Origin: Candidatus Kapaibacterium sp.
Lineage (GTDB): Bacteria; Bacteroidota; Ignavibacteria; Palsa-1295
Length of the DNA stretch: 56,814 nt
Assembly (NCBI GenBank): GCA_035686785.1
Contig: DASRZC010000168.1
Coordinates: 1 to 56,814 of the forward strand
Direction of reading: 5' to 3'
In this document: piece after piece, positions 1 through 10,804 of the stretch
Numbering within the stretch: position 1 is the stretch's first letter
Layout: each line of letters opens with the position of its first letter
Notes under the pieces: model-generated
The model's input: the letters and a program-made list of their open reading frames with translations, nothing else
Database searches by the model: none
Told to the model about the DNA's origin: nothing
Program-made: the position numbers and the translations under genes

Positions 1-765
1 CGGGCGCGAAGCATGTGCGCGTAAAGCATGGCGCGAAGGGTGGCAAACACCACACGAAGCACCATCACGCGGTACCTCGGCCCTATCATCATCCACCCGC
101 CGATAAGCTGAACCGATTCAAGGTCTTGATGCTCGATGAAGGAGATAGGGTGTAATTAACATTCAAGGCTTTATATGGTAAAAAGGATAGGCGCAAAGGG
201 GCTAAGATCGCGCGAAGCGAAAGGGGGGGGGGGCGCGACCAATAACCGGCCAAACCCTGCTCGGCGTGGATCTCGCTCATCTCTTTTCGGGCGAGCTTGC
301 GGCGGGAGAGCATCGCTTCGCGTGGAATTGCGGGGGCGCATTGCCATGCGCCCCTACCGATGGGATGTATGAGTGCCTCGTTTGGATGAATGGGCGCGTG
401 GAGACGCTACCGATGGTGCTCGCGCGGTAAATCGTCTCTGATTGTGCGTGTGCCGGGGAAGCGCTGCTTCCCGGACGAGGTCAAGGAAGCGGCGCTTCCT
501 TGCACACAGCTGAAAAATTTCAAAAAATCAATGCGGTGGTAGCAAATCCCGAGTTCATTAAATGAATATTAAAAAAGTGGTGTGGGGCGGTTTGTTAAAT
601 CGCTCCCCGGTGCGAAATACCATTTCGCCCCACACAGGCATCGTCTTTTCATCGTGAATCCGTTAAAAGAAACGATTACCCCCCTGCTCCTCGTTAGCGG
701 CGCGCCTACCACCCCCCTTCCCCCCTCCTTGAAAAGGCGGGGGATTATATATTAAGGAATCGTAA

Positions 766-2640
766 ATGTCAGAATTACAACCAATCCATATTCGGGAAGA
801 TATTCGAAATATCGCCATTATCGCGCATGTCGATCATGGCAAGACGACGCTCGTCGATCAGATGCTGCGGCAATCCGGCACTTTTCGCTCCAATGAGCAC
901 CTGACCGACCGCGTCATGGATTCGAACGACCTCGAACGGGAGAAGGGCATCACGATCATGGCGAAGAACACCTCGGTCCATTGGGGTGGTAAGAAGATCA
1001 ATATCGTCGATACGCCCGGCCATGCGGATTTCGGCGGAGAAGTCGAGCGCATTTTGAAGATGGTCGATGGCGTTTTGCTCCTCGTCGATGCCGCCGAAGG
1101 CTGCCTGCCGCAAACAAAGTTTGTTCTGAAGAAAAGCCTCGAGCTTCATCTCAAGCCCATCGTCGTCATCAATAAAATTGATCGAAAGGACGCGCGACCA
1201 AAAGAAGTGCTCGATGAAGTATTCGAGCTTTTTCTATCCCTCGGCGCAACCTACGAGCAGTTGGAATTTCCGATCATTTATGCAGTTGGCAAAGCGGGAC
1301 TGGCCTGGCCGACGCTGCCGCCGGAACCCCTCACCCTAACCCCCTCCCCGGGGGAGAAGGGACTGGATTCGCTCTTTCGTATGATTATAGACTGCGTTCC
1401 CCCGCCGCCCGGCGAGACGGAAGGCGCATTTCAAATGCTCGTCGCCAATGTGGATTGGTCCGATTATCTGGGCCGCCTCGCGGTCGGAAGAATCTTTCGC
1501 GGCAAGGTCCATCCAGGTGAATGGATCACGCTCATTCGTCACGATGGCACGCTCGAAAAAGCGAAGATCGCGAAGCTTTACACTTTTGAAGGACTGAAAC
1601 GCGTCGAGGCGGAGGAAGCCGCGGCCGGAGAAATCGTCCAGCTTGCGGGCCTGGAAGATGTGCATATTGGTGAAACGATCACCGACCCGGAGCATCCCTA
1701 CGCGCTGCCGATCATCAACGTCGATGAGCCGACGATTTCGATGAACTTCGTCGTCAACGATTCGCCTCTCGCCGGACGCGAAGGCAAATTCGTTACCAGC
1801 CGGCATTTGCGTGAGCGCCTGATGCGGGAACTGCGAAAGAATATCTCGATTCACGTCGAGGATGTTTCGCCAGATACGTTCAAAGTCGCGGCGCGCGGGG
1901 AATTGCAGCTTGCCATTCTCATCGAGACGATGCGGCGCGAGGGATATGAATTCGCCGTCTCCAAGCCGGAAGTGATTTTGCAGGAAGTCGATGGCGACAC
2001 GATGGAGCCGATCGAGCAGGTCGTGATCGACGTTCCGGAGGAATATATCGGCGCGGTGATCGAGGCACTCGGCGTTCGCAAGGGGCAAATGCTTAACATG
2101 TCCACGTTGAACGGCCAGGCGCATATCGACTATCACGTTCCCAGCCGAGGCATGATCGGATTTCGCGGCGAGTTCCTTAATATGACGCGCGGCACGGGAC
2201 TCCTGAATCAACTTTTCTACGATTACGAATCCTACAAAGGCCCCATCGCCGGCCGCATGCGGGGCGCCATCATTTCGTTAGACGATGGCGACACCACGCC
2301 CTACGCAATGGAAGGCTTGCAGGAACGTTCCGTCTTCTTTGTGGAACCGGGAACGAGGGTGTATAAAGGCATGATCGTCGGTGAGAACTCCCGCGAAGAT
2401 GATATGATCGTGAACGTCACGAAGAAGAAGCATTTGACGAACATGCGCGCCTCCGGTTCCGATGGCGCGATCCAACTCGAAGCGCCAAGGATGCTCTCGC
2501 TGGAACAGCAGATCGAATGGCTCTCGGACGATGAGTATCTCGAAGTGACGCCGCACTCCACGCGGTTCCGCAAGAAGATTCTCGACGCAACCGAACGGCA
2601 CCGCACGAAGAAACGAGCGGAGCAGATGGTAGCGGCATAA
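766..2640 (+). CDS. typA: Translational GTPase TypA/BipA
   Basis: 624-aa ORF. G-domain motifs [14 protein letters not shown] and NKID are followed by EF-G-like domains. Length and architecture are typical of BipA. Confidence 0.95.
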   Translation: MSELQPIHIREDIRNIAIIAHVDHGKTTLVDQMLRQSGTFRSNEHLTDRVMDSNDLEREKGITIMAKNTSVHWGGKKINIVDTPGHADFGGEVERILKMVDGVLLLVDAAEGCLPQTKFVLKKSLELHLKPIVVINKIDRKDARPKEVLDEVFELFLSLGATYEQLEFPIIYAVGKAGLAWPTLPPEPLTLTPSPGEKGLDSLFRMIIDCVPPPPGETEGAFQMLVANVDWSDYLGRLAVGRIFRGKVHPGEWITLIRHDGTLEKAKIAKLYTFEGLKRVEAEEAAAGEIVQLAGLEDVHIGETITDPEHPYALPIINVDEPTISMNFVVNDSPLAGREGKFVTSRHLRERLMRELRKNISIHVEDVSPDTFKVAARGELQLAILIETMRREGYEFAVSKPEVILQEVDGDTMEPIEQVVIDVPEEYIGAVIEALGVRKGQMLNMSTLNGQAHIDYHVPSRGMIGFRGEFLNMTRGTGLLNQLFYDYESYKGPIAGRMRGAIISLDDGDTTPYAMEGLQERSVFFVEPGTRVYKGMIVGENSREDDMIVNVTKKKHLTNMRASGSDGAIQLEAPRMLSLEQQIEWLSDDEYLEVTPHSTRFRKKILDATERHRTKKRAEQMVAA

Positions 2641-2682
2641 AGTGGAAACTAAATGAGTAATCTATCCGATTTGGTATAAAAG

Positions 2683-2886
2683 ATGAGCACACAGCAAATA
2701 GCCGAACGTATTGAGCGCCTTAAACCAATCGACCGCCGGATGGCGGAAGATTTCATTGAGTTTTTGACCAATCGCGAAAGCAAGAACGTCGATCCGCCAA
2801 GGTTTACCTGGGAAGGTGGACTCGAGGAATTAAAAGACGAGTACACCTCCGTCGAGTTACAGAAAAAGGCTTTGGAGTGGATGTGA
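2683..2886 (+). CDS. Small antitoxin-like protein (DUF2281-like), partner of the downstream PIN toxin
   Basis: 67-aa ORF. Its stop overlaps the PIN gene start by 10 nt (2877-2886). The N-terminal AEDFIEFL-type helix resembles DUF2281 antitoxins. Confidence 0.6.
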   Translation: MSTQQIAERIERLKPIDRRMAEDFIEFLTNRESKNVDPPRFTWEGGLEELKDEYTSVELQKKALEWM

Positions 2887-3266
2887 AATATCTTCTCGAT
2901 ACAAATATTTTCCTCGAAATTATCCTGAGGCAAGTACGTTCGGCTGTTTCGAAGCAATTTATCCTCGAACACTTGCAAGAAATCGCGATTTCGGATTTTT
3001 CTTTGCATTCCATTGGAGTCATTCTTTATCGCAGGAAAAAGCTTCATCTCTATGCCGAGTTTATTCGTGATCTCGGGGAAAAGCTCCAGCTTGTGGTCCT
3101 TCCGGTGGATGCGCTTGAAAACATTCATTCCGTGATTACCGAGAGCGGTCTTGACTTCGATGATGCCTATCAACTAATCGCTGCTCAAACCTTCGGCCTC
3201 GAAATTGTGACGTTCGACCGCGACTTTCGCCGGGTGGTAAGTGGTGTTTCTGTTCACCTGCTTTAA
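2877..3266 (+). CDS. vapC: PIN-domain ribonuclease toxin (VapC-like)
   Basis: 129 aa. It starts MDVKYLLDTNIFLE and carries conserved acidic positions (LDTN, FDDAY, FDRDF). Its start overlaps the upstream small ORF. Confidence 0.8.
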   Translation: MDVKYLLDTNIFLEIILRQVRSAVSKQFILEHLQEIAISDFSLHSIGVILYRRKKLHLYAEFIRDLGEKLQLVVLPVDALENIHSVITESGLDFDDAYQLIAAQTFGLEIVTFDRDFRRVVSGVSVHLL

Positions 3267-3291
3267 TGCACTGCACTCCGAGCACGGGTAT

Positions 3292-4044
3292 ATGAATAAA
3301 TCATATTTCCAGCAATCCGATTTCAGCGTCCGATGCGAATGGGGCCTTGAGGGACTCTCGGCCTTGCGCTCGACTTCCGATCTGATAATTATCGTGGATG
3401 TGCTATCGTTTTCGACATGCGTCGATATTGCTACGTCGCGCGGGGCGGTGGTTCTTCCATACCCATTCAAGGATGAAACCGTTGAAGCATTTGCCTTAGC
3501 AAATAATGCTATCGCAGCCTCTCGAACGCGAACCGCCGAGCATTATAGTCTATCGCCACGTTCGCTTCTAACTATTCCACGCGATTGTCGATTCGTCTTG
3601 CCATCCCCGAATGGCGCCACGCTCTCCCTAATGTCCATGGAGAAGCCAACCGTTGCCGGATGCCTCAGAAACGCGAGCGCGGTTGCGGAGTATGCCAATA
3701 CATTTAATTCAATTGCAGTAATCGCTTGTGGTGAACGTTGGGGGCACAACGGTTCCCTTCGGCCCTCATTGGAAGATCTCGTCGGCGCGGGAGCTATTAT
3801 TTCGAAGCTGAAAGGAACTAAGTCGCCGGAGGCACTCGCGGCTCAGGCAGTGTTCGAGAGTAGCTCGGATGACTTGGAAAATAGATTGTTGGAATGCGCC
3901 TCCGGTATCGAGTTAATTCAACGGAACGACATGGAAGACGTGATTCTCGCCAGCCAATTCGCTGTAAGCGACACCGTTCCAATCCTTACGAATGGAGAGT
4001 ACCGAAAATGCAGGAAATGGGCGGAGCAGATGGTAGGAGTTTAA
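3292..4044 (+). CDS. ComB-family (2-phosphosulfolactate phosphatase-like) protein
   Basis: The ORF track starts at 3241, but MNKSYF at 3292 avoids overlap with vapC. The IIIVDVLSFSTCV motif and ~250-aa length are typical of the ComB family. Confidence 0.6.
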   Translation: MNKSYFQQSDFSVRCEWGLEGLSALRSTSDLIIIVDVLSFSTCVDIATSRGAVVLPYPFKDETVEAFALANNAIAASRTRTAEHYSLSPRSLLTIPRDCRFVLPSPNGATLSLMSMEKPTVAGCLRNASAVAEYANTFNSIAVIACGERWGHNGSLRPSLEDLVGAGAIISKLKGTKSPEALAAQAVFESSSDDLENRLLECASGIELIQRNDMEDVILASQFAVSDTVPILTNGEYRKCRKWAEQMVGV

Positions 4045-4811
4045 CTCACTCCGGAAATTGATTTCCGCGCGAGCCGCTTCTCGTGAAGCTGCTTTCTTCG
4101 CTCGCGGCGGGCATGCCTGGTAAGCCACCGTTGGCCAAGGGCGCAAACCGCCACCCATCCAAATCCCAGCAAGAATCCGGCGAGTACATCCGTCGGCCAA
4201 TGCACGCCAAGATAAAGCCGGCTTAGCGCAACCAGCCCGGCAATGAGAACACCGAGCACTCCCAGCAACCATCGCCACACCTGCTTCGGATCAATCGAGA
4301 CCACCCACCAAGCGACAAATCCCCACACCGCGAAGGACGTGAGGGAATGTCCGCTCGGAAAACTGAAACTCGTTTCGCGAACAAGCGGGGTAAAAACCTG
4401 CGGGCGAAGCTGGTGAAAGAAAAGCTTGAGCGTGACGACCATCACCGACGCGCCGAGCAGTACCGCTCCATACATTCCAATATCGACGTATCGTTTAAGC
4501 TTCCACAAACCGGCAAGCATCAAGACGGAAATAAGAACGATCCCCCACGGCGAGCCAATCCACGTAAAACTAAATGCAATCCTATCGAGCAAAGCGCTTC
4601 GGTGGGCATGGATGTTAAGAAGAATGGCCGTGTTATCCACGCCGAATTCGTTCTCCGTCACCTCCTCCGCCAGCCAGCCAAAGAGATACGCGAAGCCCGC
4701 GCCGATCACCAGCGCAATGAAATAATAGGACGTGATTATCTTGAGCAGCTTTTGCGCTCGGCTGGGCGGAAGTTGCTCAAGGATGTGCTGGTCTTGTGAT
4801 TCCCGGCTCAT
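4041..4811 (-). CDS. PAP2-family membrane phosphatase
   Basis: 256 aa and multi-TM. PAP2 signature motifs PSGHS and SRLYLGVHWPTDV are present. Confidence 0.85.
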   Translation of the reverse strand: MSRESQDQHILEQLPPSRAQKLLKIITSYYFIALVIGAGFAYLFGWLAEEVTENEFGVDNTAILLNIHAHRSALLDRIAFSFTWIGSPWGIVLISVLMLAGLWKLKRYVDIGMYGAVLLGASVMVVTLKLFFHQLRPQVFTPLVRETSFSFPSGHSLTSFAVWGFVAWWVVSIDPKQVWRWLLGVLGVLIAGLVALSRLYLGVHWPTDVLAGFLLGFGWVAVCALGQRWLTRHARRERRKQLHEKRLARKSISGVS

Positions 4812-4833
4812 TTATTGATGAGATATATTCTAA

Positions 4834-5646
4834 ATGCGTACCATCATTCACCTTTCGGACATCCACTTCGGAAAAATCGACCGGACAACAATCGAGCCGC
4901 TCGTCCGCGCGGTACATGAAGCGCAGCCCGACCTCGTCATCGTGAGCGGCGATCTTACCCAGCGCGCCCTCCGAAAAGAATTTCGCGCGGCGAGGGATTT
5001 TCTCCACTCCCTGCCCGGACCGCAAATTATTGTTCCCGGAAACCATGACATACCAATTTGGAATCCCATCGAACGTTTCAGCCGTCCGCTCGCGCGGTTT
5101 AAACATTTCATCACTGCCAATCTCCATCCTATTTACGAGGATGAAGAAATCGCTGCCGTGGGACTGAACACCGCCCGATCTCGCAGCACCAAGTATGGCC
5201 ATATCAACCGGGCGCAGCTTTCGTTTGTGCGGGAAAAACTTTGCCCGATACCCAATGACCGAATAAAAATTCTCGTCACCCACCATCCCTTCGATTTGCC
5301 CGAAGGCTATTCGGATAAACGCCAGCTTGTCAATCGCGCGGGCCGCGCAATGAAGGTGCTCGCCGAATGCGGAGTCGATCTCCTCCTCGCTGGACATCTC
5401 CATCGCATCTTTGCCCGCGATACCGCCGAGCGGTACAAAATCCGCGACTACGCCGCGCTGGTGGTGCAAGCCGGCACCGCGACTGGGTGGCGCTCGGCGC
5501 GCGAAGCGAACTCCTTCAACATTATCGAATGTCTCGGAAAGTCCATTTCGGTTGCGCGAATGAGCTGGAATGGCAGCGCATTCGAGCGCAGCGCCGAAGA
5601 CCGCTTCGAGCACTCGGAGAACGGCTGGAGCCGACCGCATTCATAA
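4834..5646 (+). CDS. Calcineurin-like metallophosphoesterase
   Basis: 270 aa. Motifs are LSDIHFG, VSGDLTQ, PGNHD and a later GHLH. Confidence 0.85.
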   Translation: MRTIIHLSDIHFGKIDRTTIEPLVRAVHEAQPDLVIVSGDLTQRALRKEFRAARDFLHSLPGPQIIVPGNHDIPIWNPIERFSRPLARFKHFITANLHPIYEDEEIAAVGLNTARSRSTKYGHINRAQLSFVREKLCPIPNDRIKILVTHHPFDLPEGYSDKRQLVNRAGRAMKVLAECGVDLLLAGHLHRIFARDTAERYKIRDYAALVVQAGTATGWRSAREANSFNIIECLGKSISVARMSWNGSAFERSAEDRFEHSENGWSRPHS

Positions 5647-5738
5647 GGAAATGGTGCCGTTTGTGCGCATGGAAGCGCCTGTTTCCATGACCCCTCAACG
5701 GGAAGAGGCGCTGCCCGGTACGCAAACACGCATTTCGT

Positions 5739-8700
5739 TTAGCGCAGTACCATAATACTTCCACCACGCACGACTGTGCCAAGGGACGAAAAGAACCGAA
5801 TAGTATAGAAATAACTCCCTGCCGGAGAACCTTTAAAATCGAATGAATATGGCTCGATTTCGTCGCGCTTGACTGAGAAATCTTCACGCGAAACAGAGCG
5901 GCCCAGCGCATCGAATAACTCGATAATTGCCATGCCATCCGCATAGCTTTGCAATGTAAAATGCGTCAGATCACTCCCCGTCTCTGCATTAACAGGATTC
6001 GGAGTGGGACCGGTGGCAAGAATAATCAAGCGGTCATTCATAGCGCCAATTATCAAGCTATCTCCACAATTGGAACTAAATTGTGCTGAATAGCTCGAAC
6101 CATTCGACGCGAGCGTACAATTGGCGTATTGCGGGTCGCCATCATTGAGTCGAATCGAATCGAGCTGAATGGTATATGCAACCGTATCCGTCAGCATCGA
6201 TTCGAGCGAGAGCCGCGCGATCGGCTTCGTAGGATCGAGGGAGATTCCAGCAGAATTGGAAACGGAAAAGCTTACGTGGTCCCATGCATTTACTAAGTTG
6301 GGTCCAACAGAATGAAGCTGAAGGCCGGCCGCTGGCGTGATGGAATCGAATGCAAAATCGTTATCGGGATAACGCAACTCTCCGGAAATCGAAGAAAGAC
6401 CTTTATTACTACTCACGGAGCGATCCGGAAATATCTCCGCCGACAAATGAGTGCCCGCCGTAAGTTGAGCGGGCATTCGAAGCACGAAATCGACAGAGTC
6501 CACCGTGGGAACGAAGGTTTCTACCGCAATCCGCCGGACCGAATCGCTGTCCGTTCCGACGATCACGATCACGGTATCGTAAATCGCGCCGGTATGAGTA
6601 CCGTCGAACGTAATGTGCAGCGAATCAGTCTCGCCGGCTGGAATGGTGATTGGCTGGTAATTAATATTATAAACTTGAAACCCATCACCATAATGTTCCA
6701 TACGCCAAGAATCGAAAATGACGGGCACACAGCTGGTATTCGTATATGAAATTGTGGTATCGTGCGTTTCGCATGATTTCATCGCTCCAAGATTAATGAG
6801 GGTAGTGTCAAGCGTAAGTGTACGTGGAACATGTGTAATAACCTGAATGAAATGAAAAGTCGAATCATGGAATAAGCCATCGGAACCGATAAACTGGCAC
6901 CGGTAATTTCCCGTGTAGCGGCCGGCAATAGAATCGAGGATCGTAAACGCAATTCGAATAGAATCTCCCGAGGGGAGGGAGTTATTTACAAGAGGCTCGG
7001 ATGGCGTTATACTAAGGTAGTATGGAACATAAGGGCTATCGACTCCACCATTCCTAAAACCAACTCCGGCACCGAGCAAGGAGTCACAACCCGGATTGAA
7101 CACATAGAACACGACAGAATCGGGTGGATCGCATTCCGAGCGCGTTGGCAAAAAGATCGAATCGCCCGGAACGGAGGCCAACAGGCTCGCCTGTTCTCCA
7201 ACACCAGAACCCGTTAGCAACAGCGTATCGATAACGGGGCTGCCATTGACCGTCAGTGAAACAATTGCGTATTCGGTATCCTTGGTGTTTGTTTGAGGCG
7301 CGTATCGAGCGTGGAGTTCCAAAGTATCGCCTGACAGTACTGTGGCAGGTAAGGAATCGAGCCATGTGAAGGGTTGCAGGACTTGTATTTTCTGGATGAC
7401 GGCGGCATCGCATGTCTCATTCTTCAATGGGATTTTCAACTCGCGAGCAGAGCATATAGAAGTATTACTGAAATCGAGTTTGCGAGCGAATAGTACTGTT
7501 CCAGTACGTTTACCGATCCCCGAAAGCGTGATTGTTTGAGTAAAAATCGAATCGAAATAGGTAAAATGAAAAGCAATTTTTTCTCGTGTCTTACCAAGCC
7601 CCGAAGGGTGAAATTGGATAAGTATCGGCAAGCCAGAATCGGATTTAATCGTTACTGGAAATGTCAGAGGCTTGCCATTGATGTCGAGCAAGGTCCACTC
7701 CGGCCCACTCACCGAGTCACTCAGTAAGAGAAGGGATGCACAACCCGAATCCTTGAAGATGATTACGGTGTCGGATGAAAGACAGGTCGCCACGGAATCA
7801 AACGCAACCGCGAGCGGAGCGATCAAAGGATTGCTAATGATTCCACTACCCTGGAGGAACATTTTACATAGGGAATCGACCATGAAATAACGCATGGAAA
7901 TAGTAAGAGTATCTACAGAAGGGCCACTGCCATTAGGCTGAAACTGAAGTGGTAGCCGTAGTACCGAATCGGGAAGGATTCCAATCGGGAAATGTCGAGT
8001 AGCTCCGAAACTATCGGTTAGCGACCAACTCGAAGAGCTGTTAAGCGAATCGCTTTCAATCCAAAGAGTATCGCAGCCGAGATTCCGAATGGTTACCGAT
8101 GTATCTACTGCATGGCACAGTAGGACAGCCCCTGCATGCAACAATATATTGCTGCTATACCGTGGATCCGTTTCCAACGCGATGAGCCGGATTGGAATAA
8201 GGAACGTATCCTTTTCGTTAAGTCGTATATCGAGTGTAATAATGCGCAGAAGCGACGAATCACGCCCGGCAGTACTCCTCAGTAGCCGCGGATACCAGTG
8301 AAGTGTGAAACCCATGGAATCGTCTCCTGTTAAAAGGAGGGGTAACAGTGGAATACTATCGATGCCAAAAGCTTGAGTGGTGACGGGTGGTCGAGTCGAA
8401 TCCAAAATCCGCGCATCGAGCACAAAGACGCTGTCCCCCGGATGAGGATTATTGAAAGAATGGATCATCCGCGTGGAGTCGCAGAGGGTTGCAGCAAGAG
8501 TTATGGAATCCTGTGCAAGGGAGCACACTCCAATTCCCGCATCGGTGGATTTATAAACTCCCCCATGGCTGTCGAAGGCATACAGAGTGCATCCAATTGC
8601 TGCAATACGAGTATCCCATAAATTGCCGGGTCCTCCGATAGCCGCCCAGGAACGCCCGCTATCTAAGGAACGATAAAGGCCGGTCCCCGTCATATCCATG

Positions 8701-9497
8701 CGCTGAATATATAACGCACCGTTCGATCCAGCAATCCCGCCTGTAATTTTGAAAGGTAGTGTATTGAGAACGGACCAGGATGCACCAAAATCCGATGAGC
8801 GATAAATAAGAGAAGGAACCGACATCGAACTGCTTTCTTCCGCAGCGGCAACGAAAATGCTCGTGCCTTGAAATCCATACATACCGAACGCTTCATTCAC
8901 ATTTCCGGCGGCGTTCTGCCAGGTTAGACCCCCATCGGCGGAAAATGCAAAAAGACTTACAAATCCACTTGCTGCTCCATGGAGATTGTCGACAAAATCA
9001 AGTCCGTTAGTGTGTGGCCCAACGGTAGGCGAGAAGGCAGTGCCTCCATTCGTTGAAAGATATAAACTGGAACCAAAATCCGTTACATCGATAGCCGAAC
9101 TCGTCGCTCGAACTCCTGAGAAGTTGCCGGTTACATTCAGTGCCTTCCATGTTAACCCACCATCGGTTGTATGCCACAGCTCACCGCCAGTAAAGAGTGT
9201 GGCCCAGCCCTCTTGGGAATCCTTAAACCATATATCCATCACATAGGTAGAATTCGAGCGAGCGGGAATTACCACGGATCGCCACGTTATGCCTCCATCG
9301 GTTGTCCTCAAAAGTGGCGATCCATTGACATTCCCATCGAAGCCGATAATACCCGTTGAAGCATCGAAGAAATAGCACGCGGTGACTCTACTCGTGCCAC
9401 TAAACTGAGCGATCTTATTCCATGAACCGTAGCCGGAAACTGCCGAAGCCAGTAAGGTCAAAAATAACCCGTAAGACAATATATGGCGAGATTTCAT
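5739..9497 (-). CDS. Large secreted BNR/Asp-box repeat protein with T9SS C-terminal sorting domain
   Basis: 1252 aa with a signal peptide. The first ~330 aa carry repeated SxDxGxxW motifs (TTDGGITWRS, TTDGGLTWKA, SADGGLTWQN, SSDFGASWSV, SLDSGRSWAA). The C-terminus follows the T9SS CTD pattern (ELFDALGRSV...GSYFYTIRF...IMVLR). Confidence 0.8.
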   Translation of the reverse strand: MKSRHILSYGLFLTLLASAVSGYGSWNKIAQFSGTSRVTACYFFDASTGIIGFDGNVNGSPLLRTTDGGITWRSVVIPARSNSTYVMDIWFKDSQEGWATLFTGGELWHTTDGGLTWKALNVTGNFSGVRATSSAIDVTDFGSSLYLSTNGGTAFSPTVGPHTNGLDFVDNLHGAASGFVSLFAFSADGGLTWQNAAGNVNEAFGMYGFQGTSIFVAAAEESSSMSVPSLIYRSSDFGASWSVLNTLPFKITGGIAGSNGALYIQRMDMTGTGLYRSLDSGRSWAAIGGPGNLWDTRIAAIGCTLYAFDSHGGVYKSTDAGIGVCSLAQDSITLAATLCDSTRMIHSFNNPHPGDSVFVLDARILDSTRPPVTTQAFGIDSIPLLPLLLTGDDSMGFTLHWYPRLLRSTAGRDSSLLRIITLDIRLNEKDTFLIPIRLIALETDPRYSSNILLHAGAVLLCHAVDTSVTIRNLGCDTLWIESDSLNSSSSWSLTDSFGATRHFPIGILPDSVLRLPLQFQPNGSGPSVDTLTISMRYFMVDSLCKMFLQGSGIISNPLIAPLAVAFDSVATCLSSDTVIIFKDSGCASLLLLSDSVSGPEWTLLDINGKPLTFPVTIKSDSGLPILIQFHPSGLGKTREKIAFHFTYFDSIFTQTITLSGIGKRTGTVLFARKLDFSNTSICSARELKIPLKNETCDAAVIQKIQVLQPFTWLDSLPATVLSGDTLELHARYAPQTNTKDTEYAIVSLTVNGSPVIDTLLLTGSGVGEQASLLASVPGDSIFLPTRSECDPPDSVVFYVFNPGCDSLLGAGVGFRNGGVDSPYVPYYLSITPSEPLVNNSLPSGDSIRIAFTILDSIAGRYTGNYRCQFIGSDGLFHDSTFHFIQVITHVPRTLTLDTTLINLGAMKSCETHDTTISYTNTSCVPVIFDSWRMEHYGDGFQVYNINYQPITIPAGETDSLHITFDGTHTGAIYDTVIVIVGTDSDSVRRIAVETFVPTVDSVDFVLRMPAQLTAGTHLSAEIFPDRSVSSNKGLSSISGELRYPDNDFAFDSITPAAGLQLHSVGPNLVNAWDHVSFSVSNSAGISLDPTKPIARLSLESMLTDTVAYTIQLDSIRLNDGDPQYANCTLASNGSSYSAQFSSNCGDSLIIGAMNDRLIILATGPTPNPVNAETGSDLTHFTLQSYADGMAIIELFDALGRSVSREDFSVKRDEIEPYSFDFKGSPAGSYFYTIRFFSSLGTVVRGGSIMVLR

Positions 9498-9692
9498 TTC
9501 ATTAGAAGAAACAGGATCAACCCTAAAATAGGGAATTTCGGGCGGGTTGCGGAAAATGTGACGGGAAAAGCGGCACAGCGTCTGGTGTGCTCACTGCCGC
9601 ATGGACTGTCTGAACTGGAATGGGTGGGATTGCTGGAATGTTTGGGATGGTTCACGGTTCCCAAACATCCCGGCTTGTGTCATAAATTCCGG

Positions 9693-10574
9693 TTACGCCA
9701 ATTCCACCACGAGCACGCCAATGAGCGCGAGCGTGCCGCCGCCTAAGAACTGCAATGTTAGAATTGCGCGGCCAAGATAAAGGGCCATGAGCGTGGTAAT
9801 GATCGGCTGGAGATTTTGGAAGATGGCAACGCGCGTGGCTTCCAGCTTGCCTAACGCGGCATACCACAAAATATAATTAAGGACCGACGCGATGAGCGCG
9901 AGATAGGCTACTTCGGTCCACGAAACCGAGGTCATCGCCGCGAGATCGGAAAGATGGGCGGTGAGCAATCCAAACGGTAAATAGAGCAACGCGCCGAAGA
10001 TCATATTCACTGCCGTGACATAGACCGCGCCATATTTCAGCACCATCGGGCGTCCCAGCATGGTAAATAGAGCCCATGCGATGACGGCCATGAAGATGAG
10101 AATATTTCCCGTGGTATGCTCCGGTCCTAACTCCGCGCCGCTTTCGAACATAATAATTCCCGCTCCGATGAGCGCAATGACGATGCCCAGCGCCTTCCTG
10201 CCCGAAGGCCGCTCGCTATGCAGGAGCGACGTGAAGAGAAAGACGAGCATCGGCGTGAGCGAATACAGCAGCGCGCTGTTCGCTGGCGACGTGTATTTAA
10301 TGCCGTGGAGATAGAGCAATTGGTTGAGCGGCACATTCAGGAACCCGAGCAAGAACATTCGGCCCATATCTTCTCTGGCGATGCGGTGAAAAACGTTCCA
10401 CCGCCGCTCCATTCCAAAAAGCAAGAGAAGAAAAACGAGCGAAGCGCCGAGCGATCGAAGCAACAGGAGCAATCCCGGATCGACACTCTGCGTAGCCTCC
10501 TGCGCAACGATGTGCGTCGTGCTACCAATCAGCTGTTGGAGGATGAGATAAAAATAGACCACAGGGAATGCCAA
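9693..10574 (-). CDS. EamA/DMT-family transporter
   Basis: 293 aa with ~10 predicted TM helices in two repeated halves. Composition is typical of EamA proteins. Confidence 0.75.
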   Translation of the reverse strand: MAFPVVYFYLILQQLIGSTTHIVAQEATQSVDPGLLLLLRSLGASLVFLLLLFGMERRWNVFHRIAREDMGRMFLLGFLNVPLNQLLYLHGIKYTSPANSALLYSLTPMLVFLFTSLLHSERPSGRKALGIVIALIGAGIIMFESGAELGPEHTTGNILIFMAVIAWALFTMLGRPMVLKYGAVYVTAVNMIFGALLYLPFGLLTAHLSDLAAMTSVSWTEVAYLALIASVLNYILWYAALGKLEATRVAIFQNLQPIITTLMALYLGRAILTLQFLGGGTLALIGVLVVELA

Positions 10575-10604
10575 GTGCTGAGTAAAGTCTGATTAAGTTA
10601 GCTT

Positions 10605-10761
10605 GTCATTCCGAGCGGAGTTCGTCCGACCGAAGGGAGGACCGAAGGGAGGACGAACGGAGTCGAGGAATCTCGTGTAGTTTAGCTGTCTGGTGAATTA
10701 CCGGAGATTCTTCGACTTCGCAAATCTTCGCTTCGCTCAGATTCGCTACGCTCGGAATGAC
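10605..10761. repeat. Palindromic intergenic element, copy A (GTCATTCCGAGCGG...CGCTCGGAATGAC)
   Basis: 157 bp with inverted termini. Its internal modules are shared with copies at 13059, 20800 and 45433. Confidence 0.9.
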
Positions 10762-10804
10762 ATGGTTGATTTCCCTAAGTTGAATTTTTCTGAGTTTTGG
10801 TTTT

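Noticed and set aside
1-92. Partial minus-strand CDS starting ATGATG at 92 (MMIGPRYRVMVLRVVFATLRAMLYAHMLRA...) and running off the left edge
   Set aside because: Only ~30 codons are visible, with no recognisable family. It is plausible but unsupported.
81-372. Possible riboswitch or structured leader (CCCTATC at 81-87 pairing with GATAGGG at 144-150) and the ORFs 89..313(-) and 175..372(+)
   Set aside because: I could not match the region to any known riboswitch consensus (TPP, SAM, cobalamin, FMN, glycine and fluoride checked by eye). Both ORFs are low-complexity and overlap each other. It is left unannotated.
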